Shown: positions 25,945 to 37,587 of the stretch, piece after piece
How the letters are laid out: the number at the start of each line of letters is the position of its first letter
How positions within the stretch are numbered: position 1 is the stretch's first letter
Assembly: GCA_023213395.1 (NCBI GenBank)
Contig: CM041465.1
Coordinates: forward strand, 83,335,741-83,399,740
Source: Cycas panzhihuaensis
Taxonomy: Eukaryota; Plantae; Cycadophyta
Length of the DNA: 64,000 nt
Direction of reading: 5' to 3'
Made by a program: the position numbers and the translations under genes
Notes under the pieces: generated by a model
Told to the model about the DNA's origin: nothing
The model's input: only the letters and a program-made list of their open reading frames with translations
Databases searched by the model: none

Positions 25945-28900
25945 TTTGTCCTTAAAGCTTGGTGATCTCAGGGTGCTCTAAGATAAATTGTTCATTCTCC
26001 TAGGTTGCATCTTCTCATGGAAGTTGTTTCCATTTGATGAGATACTCAATGATTTGTTTGGATCGTAGATGTCGAATTCTTTGGTCAATGATACATTCTG
26101 GAATGAGTTGAAGTTACCCCTCCTCATTTAAGATAGATAATTCTGTTTGAACTTATACTTGTTGCCCAATTACCTTCTTGAGACATGAAACATGAAAGAC
26201 ATTATGGATCCTTGATAGTGGTGGTAAGTCTAAGGCATATGTAACTTCACCAATCTTCTTGAGAATTTTATAAGGCCCATAAAATCAAGGTTGTAATTTA
26301 TGTTGCCTATTCCATTTGAGAGATGCCTACTTATATAGTTGCAACTGTAAGTATACCTAATAACTTGGCTGAAACACTCGTTCACTTCACCCTTTATCTG
26401 CTTGTTTCATCCGATCTTGTGCAATGTTCAAATTTTCCTTAAGTAGCTTAAGAATTTGTGTTGTTTGTTGGATTTGGTCTTTGACTGCTTGAACCTTAGA
26501 ACTGATTATGGCATAGTTTTTAATTATGGGTGGTTCATAGCCATATAATACTTGGAATAGAGTCATTCATGTTGATGCATGATAGGTTGTATTATACCAC
26601 CATTCTGCTAAAGGAAGCCAATGATGCCACTGCCCCTGCTTATCTGAAGCATAACACTGAAGGTATCCTTCAAGGAACTTATTAACCACCTCAGTTTGTC
26701 CATAGGTTTGTGGATGGTAGGATGAGCTCATTGTCAGTTTAGTACCAAGTAGATGGAAGAGTTCTATCCAAAAGTTATTGGTAAACTTGGGATCTCGATC
26801 ACTGACTATATATTTGGGCATTCCATGCAACCTCTGTATATCCTTTAAAAAGATCTCAGTAATTTGCTTTGCCTTATATGTGGCTTGAATGCCACAAGAA
26901 TGAGCATATTTAGTTAGTCTATTAACAACCACCAGTATAGCATCTTTTCCTTCTGACTTAGGCAGACCCACGATAAAGTCCATAGAAATATCTTCCCATC
27001 ATTGATTTGGTATGGGAAGGGGTTGCAGCAATCCTAGAGACTTGATTGTTTTTGCCTTATGTCGTTGATAAATTTCACATGACGAAACATATCTCTTCAC
27101 CTCTCCTTTTTGTCCCTTCGAAAAGAAAGACTATTTTAAGCGGTGGTATGTTCGTAGGAACCCCGAGTGACCTGTTGTTAGAGAGGCATATGCATCATGT
27201 AAAATTTGCTCCTTAAGGCTAGAGTGAGGGCATATATATATTTGATTCTTATACCAGAGAATATTTGAAGACCATGTATAATGGGTTGAATGCCTTACTC
27301 TAGCTTGAAGGTCTTGAATGATTTACTTTGTAAAGGAGTCCTCATCCCATTCTTGCTTGGCAACCGCTATCCAAGAGGGATTGACTGTCATGATAGAATA
27401 TAGTGCAGAGCCTTCTTCCTTATGAGATAAAGCATCATCATATATATTATCCTTGCCTTTTTTATATATGATTTCAAAGTCAAAAGCTTACATTTTGGTG
27501 ACCCATTTTTATTGTTCCTCAGATGCTGTCCTTTGAGATAGGAAATATTTTAAGCTACATGGTCTGTTTTAATTTGGAAATGTGTTCCAAATAAATATTG
27601 TCGCCATTTCCTAATTGCATGAAGAATTGCTAACATCTCCTTCTCATAGGTGGATTTGACTTGTTCTTTGGGTGTAAGTTGATGACTTTCAAAGGCCAAA
27701 GGTTTCCCTTCTTGCATTAAGAATGCTCGAATGCCCTACCCTGATGCATCACATTCAATGGTGAAGGTCTTTGTAAAGTCTAGTGTTGTAAGGACTGGTG
27801 TGGTAGTTAAAGCTAGATTTAGGTGTTCAAATGCTTCATAGGCCTTATCATTCCAATGAAAGGAATCCTTTTTTAACAAGTTGATTAAAGGGGAGGCAAT
27901 CCTTGCATAGCCTTGAATAAACTTTCGATAATATCCTCTAGTTCCTAAGAATCCATGAAGGCCCTTGATGTTTTTAGGTTTAGGCCAGTTTGTGATAACT
28001 TCTATTTTCTTAGGATTTACCTTGACTCCTTCTTGAGAGATAATATGGCCCAAATATTCTATTTCTATTTGCCCAAACTGACATTTTAATTTTTTTTGCA
28101 TAAAGCTGGTTGTCTGTAAGCACCTGTAATGCCTTATCAACATGTTGAAGATGGTCTTCCCACGTATGACTGAAGATCAAAATGTCATAAAAAAAGACTA
28201 ACATGAACTTCCTTAAGTAAGGCCGAAAGAGTTTATTCATGAGTCCTTTAAAGGTGGATGGGGCATTAGTAAAGCCAAATGGATTGACTAAAAATTCATA
28301 GTGACCTTCATGTGTACGAAATGTAGTTTTATAAACATCCTCTACTTTGATCTTGATTTGATGGTATTTTGACTACAAGTCCAATGATGTGAAGAACATT
28401 GCTCCATGGAGTTCATCCAAGAGTTCGTCGATGACTGGTATAGAAAGTTTATCCTTGATGGTTATCTTATTGAGCTCGCGGTAGTCTGCACACATGCAAA
28501 ATAAGGTATCTTTTTATTTTTACTAGAATCACTGGGGTAGAAAAAGTGCTTTTACTTTTCCTAATAATACCAGCATTAAGGAGTTCTTGAACTAGTCATT
28601 CAATTTCATTCTTTTGCTAATAGGGATACCGGTATGGTTGAATACATAGAGGATTACTTCTAGTTACCATGTTACTGCTATGATCTTGGTCACATACTGG
28701 GGGAAGACCTTAAGGAATATCCTAAAAGTCCTGATTATGGTGGTGAAGTGACAATTTTAAGTCATTTGGTATACCATCATCTTGGAGAATATCCCCTTCT
28801 ATTGGAAGTTCTTGACCTTCTAGATCATAACATTTGGAAATGATTCATGTACCACCCTTTTTAATGAGCCTCTCCATACAGTGTGAGATGATGATTTGGG

Positions 28901-30314
28901 TCGGCAGAGGAATGATCCTATTCAATTGGTAGTCAATTACTTCAGAAGTAAATCGAATGAAGAGTTCTTGCATATTTAGTTGAATGGTCCCAAGTGGTTT
29001 GAGCCATTGTACCCCTAATACAACATCAAATCCTCCAACGTGAATGGCGTACATAGAAGTGGAGAGGTGATAGTCAACCATTTACAACTTGATATTGTGA
29101 CAGTTTCCCCCACAAGCCAGTGTTCCTCCATTAGCCACTATAACCTAAAATTTTTTGACAAGTTATGGAAAACAGTTGAGTTCTTTAGCAAGTTTTTGAT
29201 TAATAAAGTTATGGGTGCTCCCAGAATCTATGAGGACAACCACCTTCCTTTTCTTAATATACCCAATAAGTTTGAGTGTCTGAGGGGCTGTAATTCCAGC
29301 TAGGGCATGCATAGATATAGTAGTAGTATCTTCTTCTTCCCCGTTAGGTGGGTCACAATCATTATTTTCTAGCTCTAATGAGGCTTCTTCTACTAGTTCC
29401 TCATCTTGAACATCCTTAATTATAAATAAAAATAGTTTAGAACACTTATGGTCTTTATTCCACTTTTGGTTACAATGAAAATATAACCCTTTCATTTGTT
29501 TCTTATCCATCTCTTGGGAAGCCATTTGTCACATACCAGAAGCCTGAAATTATGGTCACTTTTTTGGAAATATTCGTTGGAAGGGTCAGGATGCCTTATT
29601 TTTTGCTTCAATATGTCAAGCAAAATTGATAGCTGTAGAGATGTTATTAGGTTTTAAGAGTCACAACTCATGTCTGATGTCATCTTGTAACCCACCAATG
29701 TACAACTCAAGTAATTTATTCTGACAAAGACCATCAACCCTTGTGGAGAGATGTTCGTATTCTACTGTATAAGCTGAAACAATCCTCTCCTGTCTGACTT
29801 TAGTTAGCTAGTTAAAGTGGTTGTGATCCCAGGTAATATCATATTGAGCTATAAGATCCTTGACAAAACCCTCCCATTGATAGCTAGGCCCACCAATTAT
29901 TTTCATAACCCATTGGTACCATTGGTAGGGTTCAGTTTCCATGTGTAGAGAAGCAAGAGGGATCTTCTTATCTGCTGGAACTTGATGAAGAGAAAAGTAT
30001 TGTTTCATTTGGATGATCTAGGTACGTACATATGTTCCATTGAACTTCTTGATTTCTACCTTGGGAAGGAAGTTCAGATGAAAGCGCCTACCATCATTAC
30101 CTTCATCTTCTTTAGCAAAGTGACCCCCACCTATGTGAGTAGTATCATCAAGGTCAATCTTTTCTTCCTTAGAAGGTTTCATGGATGCGAGCTCTAGTAT
30201 TACTACTTCAAATTTTTCATTGAAGTCATTTTGGATTTGTAATATATCTCCTCAAAGTTATGAGATAACGTCATTAAGATCTTGAGTCCAATTTGGGTTC
30301 ATCTTAGGGGCCAT
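25945..30314 (-). pseudogene. Element D gag-pol with C-terminal chromodomain
   Basis: Gag QYFSLH..ASLHME..YQWYQW; PR VLIDSGSTHNF and DVVLGVQWL; RT MNKLFRPYLRKFMLVFFYDILI; RH IECDASG; INT MDFIVGLP, SDRDP, YHPQTYGQTEV; chromodomain PECIIDQR...IEYLIKWKQLP*EDAT*E (~25980-26105). Confidence 0.95.
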
Positions 30315-30425
30315 TAGTCCACAAGATCTAAGTTGAATCCTAGTTGATAAATGAGAATGAAAAGGATTTGATAGGGTGTCTATAGAGTGTTATTCCCAGT
30401 ATTTTATAATAAGGCAATATGGATT

Positions 30426-30470
30426 TTTTTTACTTTTTTACTTTTTTACTTTTTACTTTTTTATTTTTTT
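30426..30470 (+). repeat. (TTTTTAC)n-like short tandem repeat in the leader of element D
   Basis: About five imperfect copies visible. Confidence 0.7.
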
Positions 30471-31200
30471 GGTCACTGGTTGGCTGACTAACTATGTGCG
30501 CATGAGCTGATGACAAACTAGCTAGACATGCTAGATTTAACAAATTGATGATGACTAACTCACTAACTAACTAAGTGCACATAAACCACTAATAGACTGA
30601 TCAGGTACACTAGGTATGGGCTTATCTAGTTTGTAGGCCCTCTGATATACTGATCCCAGATGTAAATGGTATCAACTTACAGAGGTAAGCACTCTACTTT
30701 GTAGTTGTATTACCCCATCTCTAGGGTAGGTGGAGAGTAGCTTCTTGGGGCTAACTACTTACTGGTGTATTACAAATTATAGACAGTCAATAGGTTTCCT
30801 ATGGTTACCTATACTAGGAAGGCCTATCTAGGGGGGTCCCCCTATATACCTGCAGGTACGTGGAGGCACAATTCTATAGCCGAGTTCTATCTAAGGCTTG
30901 ATTCAGGAGTGTGATCTCCAGTCCTTCACACAAGGGATGGAAAAGCCACAATGCGCTTAGCCTAAAACGATAGATCCTCGTGATATTTATAGACCTCCGG
31001 CATAGGGTCTCTATCTAAATGCAAAAGAAAACTACCCGGTGGCAATGTTAGGGTAGCTGCCCAATTGTAGTGTTATCTACCCCCAAAAAGCAAAGTAACT
31101 AAATGAAAATTAAATGAGAATAAGTACTAATGAGAAAAAATTGATTATTTAGTAACTTTGACTCTCTTGCAAGGAATGGATCGACCGCTCTAATACCACT

Positions 31201-31581
31201 TGTTAGGATATCACTCCTTAATGATAATTGCATACCAATATTATAAGCAAATAACTCCAAAAGAGCACTTGTATTGCAATACCCTTCGAGGGGGTAACCT
31301 CCCAATTACATGCAATAACAATGATATTTAAGATGCCATACTCTAAGGATTACATAAATATATATATGACTCTATGCTTATTATACAACCTCCTCCTTAT
31401 GCATGTGGGATATTATACGAATATATATAGTGCTCAATGACCACTACACAACCTTCTACTTATGCATGTGGGATATTAAGAAAAGGGAATAAGTAGAAGA
31501 AATAAAAGATATAAGAGAAAGAAGAAGTAGAAGATATAAGAGAATATAAGAGAAGGTATGTTAGGGGTTGGATCCCTAACA
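31201..31581 (-). repeat. 5' LTR of element D
   Basis: TGTTAGG...CCTAACA ends, next to the iMet PBS. Confidence 0.95.
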
Positions 31582-34013
31582 TGATTTTTTTTTCTAAAAT
31601 GATGTATTCTAAGTATGAAATCCTCATTTTAAAAAATTCATATTTATTTATTTTTTCATATAATTTATGTTTTCTTATTTTTTCAAGTATGTTTTGAATA
31701 TTCTATTCATGTTCTATTTTAGTTTTTGAATACACTAAAATATCACCCAAAAATATGATTATAAATATATCTAAATAGGATTGGAATATATCATTCATTA
31801 ATATCATAAAAGTAGTTAGTACATTAGTTAGTCTAAAGAATAAAACAACAAATTTATAATGGTTATACCTAGTTCAAAATTTTATTTTAAATATATCTCC
31901 TTGCTTAATTTTGATTTCATGGTAACTTAATCATAAATTTTTTTTTAAAAAATATTTAGTACTGTTTAATTAATCTAAAATATCATCGATCCCAAGTAAT
32001 AGTTATTTATTTTTTATTGTCACATTATTTAACTATCAATAATCAATGCATAATCTTAAGGTACCATCTTTCTTTTTAATGAATAGAACTAGTGCTTCTT
32101 ATAGAGAGATGTTGAGTCTAATCTTACCCTATTCTATTAGTTTTTATAGGTGTATTCTAAGATTAGTTAATTATGAAATATTAACATGGAGTTCTTGATA
32201 CTAGTTTTGCTTTAGGAATGAGATCTATTACATGTTCCATAACTTTTTGGGGAGTAGTTCTTTAAATCTTAAAAGAAATACATCATTGAATTATTTAATA
32301 ATCAAATGACTAGTATGATCATTACTATATATTTAGGTGTTTTTGAGTACTAGTGTGCAAAAAAGTTTATATCCTTTACACATATATCTTTTAATTTATG
32401 ATGTAGAAATGGTCTATAATTATATGGATCTCTTTTCCTCTTGAATAATACTAACTCCATCAAGTTATCTGGTTACTATAACTTGTTTATTGTGGCAATA
32501 AACATAAGTATTATTAGGTCATAACAAAGTCATACCTATTATAATGGTATTTTATCGAAGATTTAGTAATTAAAAATATTCAAATGTTTGATAACCATTT
32601 ACTTTGAATCTTAATTCCTCCAATATAGAATCAATTTATCTAAGTGTTTCATCTTCATCCAACTCTACCTAAGAGGGTTCTATTTTTTTACATATTATAT
32701 TTAATTTTAAAAAATAATTTTGGTGAAATAAAGTTATGGCTACTTTCAGAATCTATCCAAGTGATAAAAGGCCATTTATTTATTTTTTCTTTAACTTGTA
32801 CCAAAGATAATTATTTATGTATGCTATGTGACTCAATGGCAATATGGACATGTATTTTGGGTTGAGTTTGCACTAGGTATTTTACAATTGGAATTCTTTC
32901 TTCTAATGTATGCTTTTGAAGTTAAGGGCAATTTAGTTTGTTTAAAATATGCTTTTTCACATTTCCAAAATTTAATAGTTCTTAATTGGATTTCTTGATT
33001 TTGATTATTGCCTACAAGTTTTTCTAAATGAACTCTGACATGTATAACTTTTCTTTGTAATATTATTATTATAGCTACTTATTTTTCCTCCTTGGTAGAG
33101 TCTTCTTTAATGTTATAAGATACCACCTTTACAGGTGCCTTCTCATTTATGCACCCATTCTTTTCTCTTTCTTTTACTTAATCTTTATTCTTCATACCCT
33201 TGAGTGAGTGTGGTTGCTTCATCCATAGGATTAGGTTTTCCACCTTAAATATTAGCATAGTATTCTTGATTGAGTTAATTTTAAAATCTTATGAGTCTAT
33301 CTTTACCCTAAGCAAATGGTACAAAATCTATTCAAAGTTTCAAATTATTATTTATAGTCCTCAATACTGAGACTTCTCCACTTTAAGTCAAACTTATTTT
33401 CTTTGTTTTAGAGGAAGTTGTATGAAATAAATTTGTTAGAAAATTTCTTTTATGAAATCAATTTGGTCTTTGTCTTATAGCTTAAGAGTTCATCACACCA
33501 TTAGGCGAATGTAAAGCCTTTTAACTTATATATGGTGATTCTATTTTTACAATCACTACTCAATTTCTTTAACTCAAAATACCTTTCCATATTATCTAAC
33601 TAATTTTTTGCATCTTCTTAAGTGTTTATTTTTTCCTTCATATTCCAAAAGTTTCAGTTTCCTACAATAGTGATTAATATCCTTTTATTCCCTTTTCCTT
33701 CTTTTACAATGAAATTTCACATATGACTTTGAATTTGGTTTGCTAAGGTTTAGATGATTCATGTATTGATTTTGTACTATTAGAATTTTCATCTAATTCA
33801 TCACTTCTTCTTTTTCCTTTTTGGGTTTTATCCTTATAATTTCATGTTTTTCCTCTTATCTTACATGATTTCTATTTGTTTTTATTTTTGCACTTTCTAT
33901 CTACTTTCCCTAAGGGTTCACTTTTACTTTCTTCACTTCCTAATATGAATCCTTCTATATTTGCTTCTATATAAACTTTTATATCTTATAGTCATTCATT
34001 GTTTATCATATTC

Positions 34014-34257
34014 TATTACAGACCTACTCTATAACTTGAGGAGGAAGCCAGATATAATAAATACACAAGAGCATTTGCAAGATTGAATAGTCCAAAAGAC
34101 TAATTGATTGATTATAAAAGTATAAGTGATGTCTAATGTTATAATACAAAAGGTTTTTATATGTATAGACTATGCCATTTTATAAAGGATTATAACTATT
34201 CAATAGGCACCCCTTCATTTAATATTCAATTAATTAACCTTAAGGGGGTTCATAATA
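34014..34257 (-). repeat. 3' LTR of element E
   Basis: Aligns without gaps to 37344-37587; PPT adjacent. Confidence 0.93.
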
Positions 34258-35560
34258 ATTCCTCCCCCTTACAATGTTTTGCCTATGAAATATATTTGAA
34301 TGATTGGTTGATTACTTCAATCAAGGTAGTTCATAATAAGACCTTCTTCTTGAAATGTTTCATCTTCAAAATTTGATTGAGATAACAATTAGTTTGATGT
34401 CTCCTCTTATTGATGAAAGAATATCATACTCATCTGATGTATATCATCGAGTCATACTTGCTAGAACTTTAACTAATAATGAATATGCATACAATGGCAA
34501 GCTTGAATAAGTTGATGTAGCCATGGACCAATTAGAATTTGTCGATTACAAAAATGTTAAATTCCTATATGCTTTACCCTATAGGATAAAGATTATTACC
34601 ATGGTATCTTCCATTTGATTTTGACTTTAATCTATCAACATACATATTATTGTCTTAGAATGTATGGTTTCACACCAATACTTGAAAACTTCTCAAATTG
34701 ATTAGGAGGCAAAATGGTTGTTCCTGATACTAGAAAATCCTCAAGCACATATGATATAATTATTTGATTCATATTATTTGGTCGATTAAGAGGTGAGCTT
34801 GTTATTATTAGTATCAGTAACATTTGTTTAGATTGATCAAGAGATGTTATTGGTATTGTTTGGTCCTTTTTTAATTGATTAAGAAATGTAGATATCACCA
34901 CTCTCATTAGTGACCATTTTAGTATATACTCGATATTTTTATAAATTATTATGTTTTCTTTTAGGAATGATACCAACATTTTGCCCTTATTAACTATTCA
35001 TGATTCATCCTTATTTTCCTATTGTACATTATTTTCTTCTTTTTGTATACTCAAATCATGTATTAAGATTATGATTTAGGTTATAGGCTCTTTTTCTTTT
35101 TGTATTGCATGATCTTGTATTCCATTGGCTTTTAATATATATGTGCCATCCTCATTTGCATTGTTGATAGATTTATTCATATGTCTTTTATGATTTGTAA
35201 ATGAATTTTCTCAATTTAACTCCTATAATCTTTTTACTTGTTCTTTTAATTTTTTGTCCAACATTAATAAGTAAGTATCATTGAGGTTTACTAACGTCAA
35301 AGAAGATTCTTTATGTTTATCTTCACTTTCTATGTCTAAAAACTTTTTATTTTTTTCCAATTTTCTATAAGTACTTACTTCTACATGTTCTTTAGGTGAA
35401 AATTTTATCTTTGGAAATTTCTTATTTGTAAAAACCAATTTGCTTTATATAAAATGGGAAAGCAACTTGGAATTTGACACTTAAAGGGGTCCATGTAAAC
35501 CAATAGAATAATTGTATAAGTCTTGATTATATGTTGTTGATAGAAGTGTACCAGCCTTAC

Positions 35561-36146
35561 TTCCAAAAGTTCCACTTCCCATCTACATTTTAGGTAATAT
35601 TCTTTGGGAAGTAATGCCCAAACCTTTAAACAATCTTTAAGCCAATGATGATTGACTAACTTTATTCCTATTTATTTAGCAACCCTATACTTGTCACCTT
35701 CATGCTTGTAACAAATGAGAGGTGTTACTTTACTCATAATCAATGGCTTTATAAATTGTTCTCCCATTATTTCAACCATTCTCATAAGGACACAATGATC
35801 TTGACCTTGATACCTAGTTAAGCAAATGCATAAGGATACACTGCTTGGAATGCCCATCATATTTTTTTATAGGTTTGTATAATATCTTATCAGTATCTAC
35901 AAGTATTCCACTAGCCAAACTATATTCAATTCATAAGTGTATAACTAAAACCTTCCCATCCTTCCTAGCCATACCACAAATACAATTATAATATGATAAT
36001 TGGTAAATAGTGACATGAGTATAAGTTATGTCATATCTTCTTGTGTTGAATACCCTAATATACATAAGCTCTATTGTATATTTGTTTTATGTTGTAGGGT
36101 TGAATCCTACTAACATAAATCTTACTCCATGAAATAATAGTCCCAT
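35561..36146 (-). pseudogene. BCP1: Intronless fragment encoding the N-terminal tandem BRCT domains of a BCP1/DDRM2 (At4g02110-like) DNA-repair protein
   Basis: Hand translation: MGLLFHGVRFMLVGFNPTT*NKYTIELMYIRVFNTRRYDITYTHVTIYQLSYYNCICGMARKDGKVLVIHL*IEYSLASGILVDTDKILYKPIK/NMMGIPSSVSLCICLTRYQGQDHCVLMRMVEIMGEQFIKPLIMSKVTPLICYKHEGDKYRVAK*IGIKLVNHHWLKDCLKVWALLPKEYYLKCRWEVELLE. It matches the recalled At4g02110 motifs GVKFALVGFNP, THLIV, GKVVV..SWV, ILYRP...GIPG, CLTGYQG, MG.QFSKPL...VTHLICYKFEGEKY, IKLVNHRWLEDCL..W.LLP. Three stops and one frameshift in an A7 run. Confidence 0.9.
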
Positions 36147-37343
36147 TCTCTTGCCTTGAATATATATGCATACATATAAGAGAAATATAAGCATTAAGGT
36201 ATGTAGACCTTACCTTAGAAATTGTGGCGATATGCTTTGCATAACTTATGATTATTGTAAGTTTAGAGTACATTTATAATCTTGCAAAGTCTCTGGAATA
36301 TGGAACCTCCATTTGAAATTGTATTTATTTGCAATTCGATGTGGAGGTAATATATATTATACTTGGTTTGTTTGATTTAGATATGTTGCCTTAGTTTTGA
36401 GATACCACCACTTCATCCATGTTCAAATAGGTTACTCCAATTACTTGACTCTATTTCACATTTATGTTATTTTCTTCATAACTTTTATAAAATAATATAA
36501 TACTTGGACAACTCCTAATAGTATTATGTTATATATAATATTATAATATTATATGTAACAAGATCAAATCATAAAATAAACATTATTGAAAACTTTTTTT
36601 TTTGCATGACTATTAATTGTGATAATACTAAGTATTTGTGTAGATCAAATAATATACTTTGCACGCTACCATCCATATGCTTATAAGTATTAAAGTGATG
36701 TATAATACAATATGATAATTGAAAAGAATTAGTAGAATATATTATATATTAAATATATAAGGTCAGTGATAGGGCAACGAATGGAGGAGAAGACACAATA
36801 TAAGGGAATGTCAATGTAAAATGGAAGATGATGTAGGGAAGACGCAAGATATAAGACAATGCAGAGAACAGAATAGAAGATGATGTAGAGAATAGAATGG
36901 ACAGAAAAGGAATGGAATGAGAACAAGAGTAGGAGTGGGAGTGGACGGAATAGAACATGACATAAAGGTGATACGAGAGGAATGATGCAAGGTGGATGAC
37001 TATTAGTAGTTCTACCGCAACAACTTCATATAATAAGACACAATGCAATGGGTTGCTAGAATGCAAAGAACAAGACATAAGGACTACATAGATGCATTAT
37101 GATAATATGTCAAATGAAATGTAGAGGCTCATTTATATTCATTGTTTGGTTAATAAATATATGTGATATGTAAATTTTAAGATGATATGTAATGATTTAA
37201 AGAATTATGTATGCCTATGCGACTTTTGAATTAATGGAAGAAAGGGTATTAATTTGGGTCAAAGCTTAGTTCTTTAAATGCTAAGAATCAAGAAAATAAG
37301 TTTTGTTGATGAATCTCGATTGAAGACTCACATTAATACCACT

Positions 37344-37587
37344 TATTATGGACCTACTTCATTACTTGAGGAGGAAGCCAGATATAATAAATACATAAGA
37401 GCATTTGTAAGATCAAATAGTCCAAAAGACCAATTGATTGATTATAAAAGTCTAAGTGATGCCTGATGTTATAATATAAAGAGTTTTTATATGCATAGAC
37501 CAAACCCTTTCATAAAGGGTTGTAACTATTTAAGAGGCACCCCTTCATTTAATATTCAATTAATTAACCTCAAGGAGGTTTGCAATA
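37344..37587 (-). repeat. 5' LTR of element E
   Basis: Next to the PBS; partner of 34014-34257. Confidence 0.93.

Larger units (their letters stand above)
25544..31581 (-). mobile_element. Full-length Ty3/Gypsy chromovirus element D (Reina-like), 6038 bp, TSD TGGTT/TGATT
   Basis: 381-bp LTRs at 25544-25924 and 31201-31581 (about 29 mismatches, ~8%). PBS rc GCTCTAATACCA at 31187-31198. PPT rc CCCCCCCTTAAAA at ~25929-25941. TSD at 25539-25543 and 31582-31586 with one G>A change. Confidence 0.95.
34014..37587 (-). mobile_element. Non-autonomous LTR retrotransposon E (3574 bp, TRIM/LARD-like, Gypsy-type 3' end) carrying a captured BRCT cassette; TSD TATTC
   Basis: 244-bp LTRs at 34014-34257 and 37344-37587 (about 31 mismatches, ~13%). 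Perfect TSD TATTC at 34009-34013 and 37588-37592. PPT AAGGGGGAGGAA (-) at 34259-34270. Degenerate iMet PBS TGGTATTAATGT (-) at 37330-37341. No RT, INT or PR motifs seen inside. Confidence 0.93.

Noticed and set aside
35561-36146. BRCT region as an exon of a functional host gene with TE-filled introns
   Set aside because: It has stops and a frameshift, lies inside an LTR pair with a TSD, and no other exons were found in the window.
36150-36213. Possible 59-64-nt intron (GTAAGG...AAG) fusing an upstream frame to the BRCT cassette
   Set aside because: The AAG acceptors are weak, the intron is very short, and only one acceptor choice is in frame. Not supportable without transcripts.
37325-37343. 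PBS of E resembles the SMART cDNA adaptor (AGTGGTATCAACGCAGAGT)
   Set aside because: It sits exactly at the PBS position and is explained as a decayed tRNA-iMet PBS, so it is not contamination.
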